A DNA stretch of 64,000 nt, from positions 17,136,560-17,200,559 of the forward strand of contig NC_134027.1 of NCBI RefSeq assembly GCF_964204645.1, read 5' to 3'. Every line of letters begins with the position of its first letter. Position 1 is the stretch's first letter. Of this stretch, positions 36,990-49,399 are shown one piece after another. The notes beneath the pieces were generated by a model, which ran no database searches, was not told where the DNA came from, and was given only the letters and a program-made list of their open reading frames with translations. The DNA comes from Tubulanus polymorphus (Eukaryota > Animalia > Nemertea). The position numbers and the translations under genes were made by a program.

Positions 36990-37770
36990 ATTATACATAT
37001 TTTTTTACTAAATTGGTTAATATTTTAGAATCCTCTTCCATTTCTTCGACCAACGTCATCCTTTTTCATTCCTCGTTGCTTTTGATAAGTCGTTTCGATT
37101 CCTTGATATCTAAATCATACCACTAGGCAAGACCGGGCATTCAGGCCCGGTTTGGATCAATGCGCATGCGCTAATCATAATTATATATTCATTCTGTAAA
37201 TTCTGTAAAATAGAAACAACACATGCGTTACATGCGTCACATGCGGCCATTTATGGTCGGTTTTGCTTAATGCGCATGCGCTAATCATAATTATATATTC
37301 ATTCTGTAAAATAGAAACAACTGAACATAGAAAATTCAAACGCATTCATGTCCCCGTCACATGCGTTACATGTGTCAGTCACATTCGGCCATTTATGGCC
37401 GGTTTTGCTTAATGCGCATGCGCTAATCATAATTGAAACGACCGAACATAGAACATTCACCAAGTAGATTTACACAATACATATACAAGTATGTTCAGTC
37501 GTTTCTTCCAATACATCATTTGATTTCTATATATACAATTTATAATTACAAACATTTTTTCAATTGCTGGTAAATATTTAACTACATCAACAAATGTTAA
37601 ACTTAATCATTGGAGTCTTAATGTTTTTGAAATTCTTATATAGTTTCTTCGTCGATCTTTCGTGATTCTTGTGGTTCTACACCAGTTTCTATTGGTTGGT
37701 CTTCCATTGCTGTCTAATCCTCAGAAAGAGTATCTTGAGTTTCTCTATCACTTCTTGATTTGTATGACAT
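36990..37770 (-). pseudogene. Small unknown ORF interrupted by a Helitron
   Basis: Frame ..YWKKRLNILVYVLCK|WYDLDIKESK.. is restored by removing 37123-37468. Confidence 0.55.
37123..37468 (-). mobile_element. 346-bp non-autonomous Helitron
   Basis: Minus strand 5'-TCTAC...ACCGGGC-loop-GCCCGGT-CTTGC-CTAG-3', inserted between A and T with no TSD; three internal repeats. Confidence 0.75.
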
Positions 37771-37929
37771 TTTATTCAACTAAAAGATATCAGCGGTAGA
37801 ACAGGAACTACGATATTAAATGATATAAATATTTTCAAGTCTATCGTTTCTAATTATTATAGTTCAAGTTATTATCTATCTAACGTAAAATAGAATTAAC
37901 TGTATGAAGTTGTAGTTGTCAAATGCACT

Positions 37930-38410
37930 TAAAGGTTTTATATTTAGTAACCCCTTTCCCGACTTCTTAATAACAACAAAAAACAGTACTTACATTTAAT
38001 TCAAGAACCGGAAACTATTAATTATTACGCAATAACCCCCGTCTACTGTTATGGTAACTCTAGCTATCTAAAAGATATACAAAATACACTTCAATATATC
38101 GAAAGGTTTCATATTTAATAGCCCTAATAACTACAAAAACAGTACTTACATTTAGATTTAGAATTGTAAACTATAAACTCCTAATTGCGCTTCGAGAATA
38201 GAGAATATCCTAAGCGTTATGTTACACCATCTATTCAGTTCCGGTGCGATTTCTAAATGAACGCGTCTGCGATTATGACACGTCATCTAGTTCCGGTACA
38301 CCTTCTAGAATGTTCTACGCGTTTGCAGTATTATGACATGTCATCTCTATTCAGAGTTCCGGTACACCTTCTAGAATGTTCTACGCGTTTGCAGTATTAT
38401 GACTCATTTG
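37930..38410. promoter_or_regulatory. Direct-repeat region next to the right TIR (putative enhancer/origin)
   Basis: Duplicated AAAAACAGTACTTACATTTA block; three AGTTCCGGT...ACGCGT..GCA..ATTATGAC units. Confidence 0.4.
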
Positions 38411-38532
38411 TCTCGGCGTTATAGTAACAGCTGTGACAGCTGTGAATTTATAGATTTATTCCATAGCTTTTTACATGAAATGTATATAGGCTCAAATAGA
38501 ATCATGTTCTAGTATAAACAGCTATGTATTAT

Positions 38533-38535
<3 letters not shown>

Positions 38536-38611
<76 letters not shown>
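38536..38611. repeat. (TA)n microsatellite at the inner edge of the right TIR
   Basis: Seen directly. Confidence 0.98.
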
Positions 38612-38614
<3 letters not shown>

Positions 38615-39005
38615 TTATTTCAATCACACTTTACTAACACTTTTAATGTTTAAAAATCTAACTCATACAAATATAAATATTGAAATATGTTTAAAATATA
38701 TCTATATATCTATTCTATAAGAGCTCGTTAATTACTCGTTACTTTTATATTGAATAATCTATCAATTTATATGTTATTCATGTAAATTATGTTTATATAT
38801 GAATATTTTAAGAGTAATAGGGGTTTAGTTGTTCTAGGTTAAAGGTTGAATGGTTGAGAAATTTTCCAAATGTGAAATAATAATAATTTCTACTTGAATT
38901 AGGAGTGTGCGCGACAAATTCAAGTAGAAATTATTGTTATTTTCACATTTGGAAAATTTCTCGACCGTTCGACCTTTGGCTTAGAACAACTAAACCCCTA
39001 TTACT
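38605..39005 (-). repeat. Right TIR (38813-39005 self-complementary)
   Basis: Inverted copy of 15637-16037. Confidence 0.95.
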
Positions 39006-40429
39006 AGGGTCGACTATTATCAGACCTTATATATTAAATATCTTATTCCCAGTCTCCAGAGACAGGTTCTTAAGATCATAGCGTGCATCGCTGTAGGGTT
39101 TCCGATCCATATAATTGAATTTGAATTGGTGCGGTGGCGCTCTCAATGCGGAAGTTTTTGTCATTCCGAATTTTTCAGTCGGCGACGGGCAAAAGGTAGA
39201 AAGTTTCTTTTGTCTAATGTCGTATAGCGCCACCGCGGTCGAAAATCGAACTTATCTGTCAAGTCGATAATTTTGTAAGTGAGAAGACGCCGCGTTCAGT
39301 TCGCAGTACACTGTACGTACAGTTTTTCGATACACGGCTGTTCAACAAATTTGTTTTGAAGTTGAAGTTCACAGCGCGCTATTCAGTTTGCAGAAGTAGA
39401 GGGCTAAAATAACATCATTCGTAAGATCTCAGATTGAATATTTTCATCAGATTCAGAGCTCAGTTCATTGTATAAAATGTGTCATTTCATGTATTAGACA
39501 GTTACTTCTATTACTCTGACAGGAGCTTTTATGTCATAATTTTTTTACCTCATGTGTAACTCAATTATAGCAGAGTTGATAGTTTAATTATCAATTATTA
39601 ATTTATAAATAAATTAGTATTATTAATTTAATTATTGGATTGATTATTAATAAGAGATATGACAGAGACATAAACATATATATAATGCAAAGATATGGAT
39701 GTTATATATAATGCAAAGATATGGATGTTATAATGATAATGTATTTCTACTCGCATAGAAATGTTTAGTTTTTAGCGATGCAGCGGAACTAATAAGGAAC
39801 ATTTTGATATTTAACATGACCATAGTACACTATCCCTGATGGAATAATAAGCTCCACTCGACAAACTCGTTCCCGTGCATTTTTATCTCTGTTTCAGCAC
39901 ACACCCCTCTATCATCAATGCCTAACCCCTGTTCGACCAACTTTGGGCGTTTTCCTTTGAAATATAAGCCTAATTGTAAAAGATAAGCATTAACCTAAGT
40001 TAATGCTGCATCTTAATCGTGAAACCTAAGAAAGATTATTTTATTATTTAGCCCTATTCAAATTTTCTATCCACTACCACGTGGAAAAAAGACCCAGTCA
40101 AAATTGTGCATCACGCTTTGACTAAGAAATTGGTTCCAGGCTATAAAATTTACGACTCAAACGAATCTTTTTCTCAAAAAAGCCGCCTTTAGTTTGATGC
40201 AAAATGTCATTTGCTTTTAAAATGTGTAACTAGGCCTAATCAAAAGGATATTTCAAAAGCAAACTTTGCCGGGTCAAGAGCTATATTGAATTCAATTTTT
40301 TCCGAACCATTATGCCTCTTTCATCATAACATTATTTATCCTATTTCAAGATCTTAAGTAAAGAGATGGCCTACGTCGGGTTCAAATCGGAATTTTAAGA
40401 TTTATTTCATTTAATTCCAGGTTTTCACT

Positions 40430-40915
40430 GTAGATTATTAAAGACATGTGGCGTTGTGGGAGTTCATAGTTGTTTGATAATCCATCATTTGTAAGTGTAA
40501 GGCTATTTGAGGGATTCGAAACCGACATTTTGTAAATTTTGTAGCATTATTACGTTTGATTCCAGATGTTTATCATGACACAGTTCATTTTGGGGGTTTG
40601 TCAGCGAGTTGGTATGCTGTCGGCAGAAGTAGTTTGATAATTCGTTTCATGTAAGTAAACAGCTATTTGAAGGATTCGAAACCAAAATCTGTATTGTGAA
40701 TTTTTTAGTTGTATTTTGTTTGATTCTATGTGTTTATCATGAATAGGACATGATTCATTTTGGGAGTTTGTCTGCGAGTTTGTATACTGTCAAATGAAGT
40801 TTCTTTGTCAATTTGTCGTATGTAAGTATCAATCTATAAGCTATATATTAGGGGTTCGATACAGAAATTTGGTGAATTCCGCAGATTTATTTTAGATTAT
40901 TCCAGGTTGTTATCA
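40430..40915. repeat. Three diverged ~170-bp tandem units
   Basis: Recurrent TGTAAGT..GCTAT..GG(A/G)TTCGA at ~40490, 40650, 40820. Confidence 0.6.
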
Positions 40916-43216
40916 GAAAAATATGTACTTTATTTCATAGGTTGGTCTTTGATTGAAAACTAAAAATGGATGATAGTTCCAAATTTGATGTTGAATCACA
41001 TGACCAGTCAAGTAAGTATGGCTCATAAGTCTAAGAATAAGAGGCCTATTGCATTAATCCTTCAATTCAAGTTGCTATACAACCTTTTATACAGATATTT
41101 ACCTTATCAATATAAACATGTATTTTCCATTAGCCATAAAATTCAGTAAAACTTTTCCCGTCCAGATTTTGAAACACGATTTGACTAAATTGCTTTAGCT
41201 CATTCCAATGTTCGCAGTAAAAGTGAATTGTAGCATGTATGCTTCCCATCCATCAATTTTGCCTTGTTTCGTATTTTTAGCGAAATCATCTCGAAAAAGT
41301 CTGACGAGGTGGTGGCCAGAAAAAGAAATATTCTTGGGAAAGATTTATAGACGCATGGCAAACACACTTATTGTTCACTTTTTTCCTATCCTTATTTTGA
41401 AATTGAAGTATTGAAATAAACTATTGATTTATATTTGTCGACCAACACAACTGGTTTTGTTGTTTTCTTTCTTAATTTACATTTGATTTGGATGGTCATC
41501 TTGCGTAGGAGTCAGTTTGTCATCAAAGCAATACAGGCTAACTTGTTGACGTCTCAGTTGGAGCGGGGCAGGGCGGTCATTATATTGTGGACATATCCAA
41601 ATTACACTTACACAGCCCAACGTATTTCAGTGTGTAACTTCTGTCGTACTGGGCATTATAAGACAGTGAGAAATTGAGTTTTAGCCACCTGAGCCCTCGG
41701 CTTGAGTCGAGCAAATAGACAACTGACTTCACAGAATTTGATTATGAGTCAAGGATTTTCTAAATTTTTGAATGCTTTCTCTGGTTTTAAGATCAATTCA
41801 AATTCAATCTTCAATACATAAAAATTAGTCAAATAAATTTTCATTTTATTGAAAGAAATTCTACTGAAGACAGATTTTGAAATGAAGGATATATCCAAGC
41901 AAATAATTACAGCAATAATCAACTGATGATCATCAAGGTGAAGTTTTCATTCATCTTCGGCTAATTTGTCTATCCCTGATGATTGTAGCATTTTGGTTAC
42001 TCGCGCCAATTAGTCAGCCACAGTCGATTTTCATGCCATCTGACCTCTTTCCATCTGTAATTAAGCAATCAAATGTAAGAATTACTTAGTTAAGGAGCGA
42101 AATAAAATATAGATATCTTAGGAGACTAATTCAAATCATGAGTTTGTTGTGAAAATCTATTACTACAGTCTCGTAGAGCATAGACACCAAGCCACGTGGC
42201 ATTGGTATTTTAAGGGCTATTCAGTTTACTCCAAAACAAGTCTATGATTAACATTAAAACAAGTTTCATATCAAGGGTATGTCACAAGACTCGTGACGCC
42301 CATGAATTATCATCCCGTAATAACAATGAATCCAATTCTGCATGTACGTTAGCACGACTGATTACTAATCCAAATATTGCATTACAAACAAACAAAAAAC
42401 AATTACGCAGAACGTCAAGTACTTACAGCATCTGAGACAGTTACGCTTCAGTTAGAGTGTTAAGTTACGTCTTTGGCTATCAGAAAAAGCCTAATTTGAA
42501 ACATGCATTTGCGCACTGTGGTTTAATATTCCTGCAAGAATCCGCAAAGGAATTGAAGACTGTAGTGACCAGTTCATTCCACGAATAATAGCTGATAAGA
42601 ATGTAATCAAAATAAATTGTCATGCACATTCAGTGTAAACCAGGCCATAACTAGCTGCTATTAAGGCATTCCAATGACTGGCCCTACCCACTTTATTTAG
42701 GGCCTAAATCTATTCTAGGCGCATCCCCCAAAAAAGCTAGGCATTAAGTAAGTAGCCAATAATGATCATTGCTTCACCGAGTACTCATTTGCTACCATAC
42801 TCATATTATCAAATAAATCATTTAATACATTCCCTGGTTAACGGATTCTCACCTTAAAATACATAAACTCCGCTGTCGTTGTCATCGATCCCAGTCGTCA
42901 ACTGAACGCGGAAGTAAAATTCCGTGTGAAAATTCCTACAATTTCTGTCCATATCACGTTGATTTGAGCCGGAAATCTTCAGGAAATGTAGCCAACGTAA
43001 ATTGATTTACGAATAAAATTAATCAATTGACTCATTTTAGAAATCATGGTTTCGTGAAATTCATTAAAGTCCTAAAACTCGCGATAAATTTAAGCCGAAA
43101 ATGATTTCAACCATCCACCATGTTCAACCATTCACCATCAACCATCCACATTCATAAAACGATTGTTGCACGCCGGCACTGTACTGATATGTGTCCTGCC
43201 TGAATGCATGGTTTTA

Positions 43217-43280
43217 CTAGGATTCGAACCCTCAACCTCTCATTTGTGAGTCAAACACCTTATCCACCCTGCCACAGGAC
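43217..43280 (-). mobile_element. tRNA-derived SINE head / tRNA-like relic
   Basis: A-box TGGCAGGGTGG and B-box GGTTCGAATCC on the minus strand; no good acceptor stem. Confidence 0.55.
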
Positions 43281-43329
43281 AGGACGCGTGATTTTACCGT
43301 TAGTGGGAGTACGCGACACGGCGAGTGGC

Positions 43330-43589
43330 GATTGCTACTATCATCCGGTGTTATCTTACAGTAAGTAATTTTAAGTTTGAAATAGGATGGAGAGTGCATA
43401 GATAGAATCTACGCTGAGAGAATGAGCGCTATATTACTATCAGAATTCTACATTTCGATTAGAAGCTGTTAGTTGTCGAATCTGAAAGAAGATGAATTTT
43501 ATGTGCGAAAAAAAGTGGAAAATATTTAGATAATAATAATAATCAACAGAATTACAAGAGGGTTTTCGACGAAAGTCAGAAAACCCTAA
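43330..43589 (-). mobile_element. Terminal remnant of a Helentron-like element
   Basis: Similar to 44690-44985; ends with the AGGGTTTT..AAAACCCT palindrome. Confidence 0.6.
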
Positions 43590-44986
43590 ATATAGCTGCA
43601 AGCAGCGATAACGGGTTTCTGCCTTTGTGGATAGAATGTCGTTCAGGGATGCGAGCAAACATTTCACCCGAAATCAGTTCGTTACATTCCGTTTTTTGAA
43701 AGAGTGCCACCTAGGGGTCAACTCACAACATGGATAAAGTGACCCACATGTGCTACTACGCGCATGTGCTACTACGCGCAAAGTACTAATGTGCCAGGTT
43801 TGGGGGAAATAACATCGAGAAGAACGAAGCTACGGTGTTTTTACCATTCCCTAGATACAGTTTAAGCGCATATTCGGTTATTATTAGTTCCGAAAAAAAG
43901 TCGACTAGATAAGAAAACCGAATTTCGCCCAAAACACAAATTTGGCCTATAGGGTAAACTATGCAGGAGGGAAGGCCTTATAGTGTTACTATGAGTAGAG
44001 GAGTGACAAGTCAGTCTGACAAGTCAAGCGATCATATGGGGACTACAATTCACATATGAAATTGACGTCCGATAACAATTATAAAAACATAATCACGAAC
44101 GGTACCATCACTCCCCATTACTGACTGTCACTGGTCTCTGGCTAGCAACCATTCTTTATCAGTGCAGTGGGTAGGTATTTTCAACTGACTTTGTTCTTCT
44201 ATGACAATACCATCGCCGTTGCGTCACGATGTGATGTACATGTACAAGGGACCTCCAATTTGTAATGTATGTGATGTATAAACTGACTTTAGACTGTTTA
44301 ATGTCGACGATAACAAGGTATCACCGACGCTGACATTTTCTGACGCTAACTAGGATGACCCGCCATTTGGACCGAACCAATTCAATTCAATTAAGAAAAT
44401 GCGTACCGGTACAATAAATAAATAAACCGCTAATGATTTTTCGAATTATTGATACCCACGAACAAAACTATACTATTATAGAATGTTTAAAAGAAACTGC
44501 TTTTAATAACAGTATGAATAAACTTACTTCACAAACAAGGAAGTACATTTTTTACTTGTGAATGGTCGAACCCCAGTTATTCACCTGTAATTTGGATATT
44601 TTCGGAGCCTTCCTTCTTTATTTATTTATGAAATGACGTCACAAACTTTCAGATTCGCGCCAGTATGCGCGCCATTATTAATGATTGCTATTTCCACCGG
44701 TGTTATCTTTAAGTAACTTCAAGTTTAAAAGAGGAAGCACAGTACATCCATAGAAACTACGCGCAGAAAGAGACTGTTATATTATTATCAGAGTTAAACA
44801 TTTCGTTTCAAAGTTGTTAGTTGACAAATCTAATAGAAGATGATATTTATGTGACGAAACTCAGTGGAAAATATGTTAAAATAATAATCAGCAGGAATCC
44901 AATAGGGTTTCTGCCGAGGCAGCAGAAACCCTAATAATCACGCGAATCTCAATATGGTTTTCTGTGATGAAACAGAAAACCCTAAA
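43590..44986 (-). mobile_element. Helentron-like non-autonomous element, family B
   Basis: Same end structures as 3025-8537 (TATAGCTGCAAGCAGCGATAACGGGTTTCTG ... CAGAAAACCCTAA), different interior. Confidence 0.7.
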
Positions 44987-47699
44987 TATAGGTTTATTAA
45001 ATTTCATTGACGTTCTATTTAATTTTACTGCTGTTAAATAATCTTTAAATCTTTTATTTCCTAAGTGTCTAGGACTTGATTGTAAATGTCTCAATCGTTC
45101 AGAATTATTTATTAATTCAATATCATTTCTATTTCTAATATTTTCATGTGTTTATCCATAAAAACTATTATTCATTAATTTAAAAAAATCTTTTTCAAAA
45201 TCTGTTTTAGATATTGTTCTCTGTTGAGTATTGAAATCTATATATTTTTCTAACCACTTCGATTGATTAAATTCAAATATATCTATGTACTTTTTAAAAT
45301 TTCATTCCTTGTTTTAGATAAAATCTTAACATTCTATGATGAACAATATAATTATATTTATTATTTTGTGTTAATATTAATTTTTCTGTAAAAACATGGT
45401 CTTTCGGTTTTTTTTTCTGATATTCACTTAGACAACTACAATCTACGGCTAAATGTTCTGGGCAATAAGGTAAGTTTCATGTTTTAAACTTTATATTATC
45501 AGGATATTCTAAATCAACTACAAAAAAATAACCAATTGGAGCATCATCTTCTAAACTCATAGATGCGTTTTCCCAATTAGTTTTGTCATCATTTTCAACT
45601 CCTGTTTATGTAAAAATTTTATATGTTTGAGGTTGCATCATTGCCCAACCATATAAATTATTGGCGTCAATATGTAATAATTTATATTCATCATTTGCTT
45701 TAAAATACCTATCTCCCATCACACCACTAATTCCACCTCTAATCGATTTTTCAAATAATAAAACAATGTCTGGTTATTTTACTAAATCTAATTCTACATT
45801 TGTATTTATATTTTAAACCACCTTGCCAAGTTAAACCAGGACTTGAGTAGCAATAACAAGGATCACAATTAAAATGATTTGTCATAACTATTCTTTTATT
45901 TTTGTTTAATAATTGTGCAAAATCACTTTCTAATTCAATTATTTTATTACAAAATTCATTTACTACATCTTCACCCCTATAAGAAATATATTGACTTTCA
46001 TATAATTCAGGATAATTTGATTTTATATAAATTCCATAAGCACCAGCTCTTTGATGAACTTTTTTAATCGTATTTATGATTGGTGGGTCTTGAATTAAGA
46101 CATCATTTAATTCATTTCCTATGTCCATTGATTTTAAAAATTGCTTTTTGTTATATATTTCTTTTCTATCTTGATCAGTTAATTCTTTATTTAACGATTC
46201 AAAATCCCCATAAATTACAAATGGCACTATATATTTAAATTTGTAATTAGTAAGTTTATGTTTTAGTACGCATTTTCTGTCATAAATTTAGATAAACATT
46301 TTCTACATAGATAAATTTTATGATGGTGATCACGTTCTGTTCTAAAGAATAAACCTATTTGTTTTAACCACATATAATGTTCATTTTCATCTTTTTTGTA
46401 ATAAAACAAATCTGTAACATTTCCATCATCATAATATTCTGTTAAAAATAAAACTTCTAATGTATAATCTGTAATATTTCCACCTTTTGTCTCTGGTAAT
46501 TGCATTAATTCGAATTCATTTATTTCTAAATTATTAACTTTTTCTATTTTAGGAATCATTTTTATAGTTACTGGATATTGATCAATTTTATATAATGTTT
46601 CATATTTCCGATAATCTGTTATTCTACAAACATTTTCCTGAGTTGGGTGTAAGCAATTAATAAGTGACCATAGAAAACATTTATTAACTTCATTTTGAAC
46701 ATTTATTACCGCTTTTGTTGTAAACGGTAATTTAATATAAGATGATGCTTTAATGTCCTTTTCTGTTGTAAAGTTTGAATCATTTTTAAACATTTGCTTT
46801 ATTCCTTTTTGTATTATAAATATTTAAATCTAAAAATATAATTTCATTCAAAGTTAAACCAGAACCCTCAAAATATCTTTCTTTAATATGACGTTTAAAT
46901 TCATTTTATATTTTATCTAATTTCTCTTTTATTTGTGTTTTTGAAATGATTTCTTCAGAATGTGTTTGAATTATATATTCTATTTTTACTTCTGATTTTG
47001 TAAAACTTACTTTTCCAGAAATACTAATTTTTGGATATTCAACATCTGTTACAAGGTCCATTATTTTTTCCATTATTTCAATATATTTGCTATAATCTTC
47101 CATTGTTGAACCTTTAAAAAATCTAAATATAATAGCTGCAGGACCAATTTTACTACTAATGTTTCTGAAAATTGTATCTTTTTTTTAATGAATCGATATA
47201 AATTTCTTTCTGTATTTTTTAACATTTTCCATATAAGGTTTATTTGAAATAGATTTAGTTTTTGAAACTATTTTTTTTTTAACTTGTTGAGGTTTATCAT
47301 CAAAATATTCTGTTCCTAAAATATTTTCATTCAAATTTTGTTTGTGTTTTTGTGATTCGAGATGTCTTTTATAATTTTTTTTTTTGCTATAAATTCATTA
47401 CAAACATCACATTCAATTTTATCTTTCTTCATATCATTTAATCGTTCTTTTCTTTCATTAGAATTTTCTGGAGTTTCAAAATCTATAACATTTTTTTTTA
47501 TGATTTGCAGTTTTTTCATGTCGAAATTTTTGAGATTCATCGATGTATTTTTTACAATATGGGCAATAATATTGATTTTTATTAACATCAATTTTTTCTG
47601 TCTGGAAATCACTGTCTCCCATTTATAAGTAAAAAAATTACTTGTGGTGATTTGTCGACCTCTCGACCTCTGATCTGAAAGCGCACTTTTCCAATTACT
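44987..47699 (-). mobile_element. polB: Polinton-like remnant 3: diverged pPolB pseudogene (47622-44987) and terminus
   Basis: KCFLWS, PFVIYGDFES, SSPGLTW, IDANNLYG, KLMNNSFYG, KFNKPI; internal deletion near 45880; ends TCGACC..TCGACC..CCAATTACT at 47699. Confidence 0.9.
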
Positions 47700-48489
47700 C
47701 TAACCTTATTTATCTGTATTCCATTAGAACTATCACTTTTATTAAAGGCCGAGGAGTATGGATGCTAGTTAACCGGGTGGCAAACACTTGAGATCGGCCG
47801 TCCCACTTTTACAGTATCTTGTTTATAATGTTTAGAGTGAGCGAGGTTGGCTCACAACAGAAAAGCAGGTCACACACAGTTAAATTTGACAAATTCATAA
47901 AAGTTTTCATATCAAGTTCTAAACTAATTTTAAAAAATCTAGTCATAGTGGGAATGAAAATCTGATGCTAGCGATCTTTTTATGTAGAGATAGGGCCAAG
48001 ATTGAAGATTTTAGAGACATTTCAAATTTTTTGAAAATCATTAATTTTTATCCGATTTCGATGAAATTTGGACACAACACTGATGGTAGATAGCTAAGTG
48101 TACGAGATTTCAGACTGATCCATTGACCATAGAAAAAGTTTTGATGTTGCCAAATTTTTGTATTATGAATGAGGCTATGTTTTGTTTATGTATACTGATG
48201 ACTATAGGTATCAAATTACTGTAAATGTGCTCTGTGAGCTACACTAATTCACTGGATAACTCCTCCCTCTATGTCATTCAGAGATTCAAATTTTGAAGGA
48301 AATACCAACTAAAAAGCTTAATTTCTCGAAGAGGAGGGCCTAAAACACATTTTTCACTGCAGAAATGAATATATTACACATTGATACATATGTCTGACAA
48401 AAAGGAGGGTCCAAATCGGATAACTGACAGAGAAAATAGGAGATTTCCAGTTTCAACCGTTGGAGCTCTCCACTGCACTATTGCTTCAT

Positions 48490-48867
48490 GGGTACTGCCA
48501 TCTTTGATATTGATTGGGCTTTTATACTGCTCCTCGGCCTTTAAATCTAATTTCAAATTCAGTAGATTTTCCTATTTCAAACGAGCTCTTCTATTAATTT
48601 CTTGCGCTAATATTTCTTAATTGTATAATCCTGGTTTTAGATATAGAGTATACCATAAATTTTTATTTCTAACAAAAATTACAGAACCTACATGATAAAA
48701 AGTTTTATCCGATATATCATAAAAAGAATTACATAAACTTACATTGACTACTTTTAAATCAACACAATTTTTAAATTCTCTATATATTGTACTAGTAAAT
48801 TATGAGATCTATGATTCGTAAGTTTTCTAGAATCTACAAATAGTCTATATTCTTTTAATTCTACCAT
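48490..48867 (-). pseudogene. Minor capsid N-terminal fragment (diverged)
   Basis: MVELKEYRLFVDSRKLTNHRSHNLL matches the start of 20379. Confidence 0.75.
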
Positions 48868-49399
48868 GTATTACTAAAATAAAAATTACCTTGAACCCCA
48901 AAAAGTAAGTTTTCTAGTCTCGTTGCAAAACCACTCAATCTCAACGTGAAATTTCCAACATGTCGTTCAACGTCAGTTCAGTCACAGTAGGAAAACATCT
49001 GTTGCACAATATTGATTCGGTCAAAGCCGCTTCTTACGATATCTTTCCATCAGCGATAGATTAATAGTTGTGCCATATTTTACCATATGGCACTTGCTGA
49101 GCGAATAAACTGGCACATTTAAATATCTGTTTCATATACTCGCGTGAAAAACAGGAAATATTTCTCTCTCGTGATATAATTCGGAGTTTTAGGTTTGTGA
49201 GGTAAATTTGCTAAATATTCTTATAAATGCTTGCAAAAACCGCCCTATCTCCTCGACCCTCAGAGTTTTTCGGGATTAAGCATCCCATAAATGATAGGCG
49301 CCACGAGATACTTATACCCGAGCATTTCTACTTACATCCCTGCTACTGACGTCTCACGAGCTCTTCTTCAATGATTGATAGAAATCATATTCAAGGCGC

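Larger units (their letters stand above)
15637..39005 (+). mobile_element. Full-length Polinton/Maverick-like endogenous virus (~17.5 kb without nested TEs), defective
   Basis: TSD AGGGTC at 15631-15636 and 39006-39011; AGT...ACT termini; ~400-bp TIRs; pPolB, integrase, ATPase, capsid genes. Confidence 0.97.

Noticed and set aside
38813-39005. Parvovirus/poxvirus-style flip-flop isomers of the terminal hairpin
   Set aside because: Left and right hairpins are the same isomer (simple inverted copies); no flip/flop seen in this element
39012-43200. Short ORFs in the region right of the Polinton
   Set aside because: No motifs, no consistent exon chain; no host gene can be supported
43217-43280. 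Functional tRNA gene
   Set aside because: A and B boxes present but acceptor and anticodon stems do not pair well; treated as a SINE-like relic
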